Source: Anaerolineales bacterium (lineage in GTDB: Bacteria; Chloroflexota; Anaerolineae; Anaerolineales; JABWBV01). From it: a stretch of DNA of 40,319 nucleotides. The translations under genes and the position numbers were made by a program. Numbering within the stretch: position 1 is the stretch's first letter; the number at the start of each line of letters is the position of its first letter. Location: the NCBI GenBank assembly GCA_041632295.1, contig JBFKII010000001.1:1-40319 (forward strand), written 5' to 3'. This document shows, piece after piece, positions 39,419 through 40,319 of this stretch. The notes under the pieces were generated by a model. The model had not been told where the DNA came from. It worked only from the letters and a program-made list of their open reading frames with translations, and ran no database searches.

Positions 39419-40319
39419 ATGAGCATTCTCGGACTGCATCACATCACCCTGGGGTGTTCCGACGCACTGCGTACGGTGACGTTTTATACGCAGATTTTAG
39501 GTCTGCGGTTTGTCAAAAAAACGGTCAATTTCGACGACCCCACGACATACCACCTGTATTTTGGCAACCAGGCGGGCGATCCGGGTTCGGCGATCACGTT
39601 TTTTGAATGGCCCAACGCCAGGAAAGGGCGGCCCGGTATCGGCGGCACTCACCACTTTGCCCTTCAAGTGGCAGACCACGATGGGCTGCTGAAATGGAAG
39701 CGCCGGTTGGTCGACCTGGGGATCGCGGTAGATGGTCCCCTGGACAGGCACTATTTTGTCTCGATCTATTTTCAGGATCCGGACGGCACGATCATCGAAA
39801 TCGCCACCCGAGGCCCTGGCTGGACGGTCGACGAGGCGGCCGACATGCTTGGGGTCGAATACCGGCCGCCCCCGCCGGATATGCTGATCAGGAACCGGGA
39901 TGAAGCGCGGATCCAGGCGGAGATTTGGCAAGAGCCGGTGCCGGAAATCACCCCGGATATGGCCCTTGAAATGGGCATGCACCATATCACCGCCATCGGG
40001 TCGGATATCCACCGGACCCACGCCTTCTTTGGAGACCTGCTCGGGATGCGCCTTGTCAAACGGACATCCAATTTCGACGACCCGGACTCGGCGCATTGGT
40101 ATTGGGGGGTTGGGGAGGCGGCCCCGGGAACCCTGATAACCTATTTTGAACGCGACCCGGCCACCCGCAAGCGTGTGAAAATGGGCGTGGGCCAGACCCA
40201 TCATTTTGCCCTGGCGGTACCCGACGACGAAACCCAGCTTGCGTTTCGAGAAAAGCTGGTCCAGGCGGGGATCCCGGTTTCCCCCGTGATGGACCGGGTG
40301 TATTTCCGATCGATCTACA
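39419..40319 (+). CDS. ring-cleaving dioxygenase, two-domain VOC/glyoxalase family (MhqA/MhqO-like); 3' end truncated by the window
   Basis: Absent from the ORF track because no stop codon is reached. The ATG at 39419 has AGGAG 5 nt upstream. Translation reads MSILGLHHITLGCSDALRTVTFYTQILGLRFVKKTVNFDDPTTYHLYFGN...THHFAL, and a second repeat reads MHHITAIGSD...LVKRTSNFDDPDSAHWYWG...QTHHFALAV. Confidence 0.85.
   Translation, partial: MSILGLHHITLGCSDALRTVTFYTQILGLRFVKKTVNFDDPTTYHLYFGNQAGDPGSAITFFEWPNARKGRPGIGGTHHFALQVADHDGLLKWKRRLVDLGIAVDGPLDRHYFVSIYFQDPDGTIIEIATRGPGWTVDEAADMLGVEYRPPPPDMLIRNRDEARIQAEIWQEPVPEITPDMALEMGMHHITAIGSDIHRTHAFFGDLLGMRLVKRTSNFDDPDSAHWYWGVGEAAPGTLITYFERDPATRKRVKMGVGQTHHFALAVPDDETQLAFREKLVQAGIPVSPVMDRVYFRSIY

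Noticed and set aside
39385-40204. Track ORFs 39385-39606 (+), 39497-40204 (-), 39607-39903 (+) and 39900-40136 (+).
   Set aside because: They are superseded by the frame-2 dioxygenase CDS starting at 39419, which has strong family motifs and an SD. The listed ORFs have no recognisable motifs.

Overview
This is a densely coding, high-GC (by eye about 60%) chromosomal window. I call 33 protein-coding genes, one running off the right edge, and find no rRNA genes, tRNA genes or CRISPR array. The gene content (PD40/WD40 beta-propellers, Pro/Thr-rich linkers, FHA plus Ser/Thr-kinase signalling, DUF3179 lipoproteins, many 4-nt ATGA overlaps) suggests a Chloroflexota/Anaerolineae-like bacterium, but that is inference only. 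Layout from left to right: DUF4230 and a lipoate ligase; a MarR gene with two GH13 alpha-glucan hydrolases and a geranylgeranyl-reductase-like flavoprotein; DUF427; then a long minus-strand run. That run holds a CBS protein, a sigma/anti-sigma/WD40/LysM fusion, a PD40 propeller, MazG, YigZ, two CNNM/CorC transporters, a Ser/Thr kinase, a lipoprotein, a triple-FHA ABC transporter and an amidase. Next comes a 4.7-kb block (two DUF3179 lipoproteins, a YbaK-like deacylase, DinB, a thioesterase), then rplY, NUDIX plus TrmI, an S9 peptidase, a compact ABC-2 operon with two large uncharacterised envelope proteins, and a truncated ring-cleaving dioxygenase. Five observations stand out. (1) Two roughly 90% identical copies of a 177/199-bp MITE-like element with 18-bp terminal inverted repeats. 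One copy has a perfect 10-bp target-site duplication, and the two sit in inverted orientation around the DinB block. (2) An Rv1747/PknF-like module with three FHA domains, a large insertion in an extracytoplasmic loop and a coupled lipoprotein. (3) A single polypeptide combining an ECF-like sigma domain, an HxxxCxxC anti-sigma motif, a TM helix, a 7-blade WD40 propeller and LysM. (4) A nosDFYL-like gene order built from unrecognisable accessory proteins. (5) A recurrent '-10 hexamer + 7 nt + ATG' geometry that suggests leaderless transcripts. All functional calls rest on motif recognition by eye; no database search was run.
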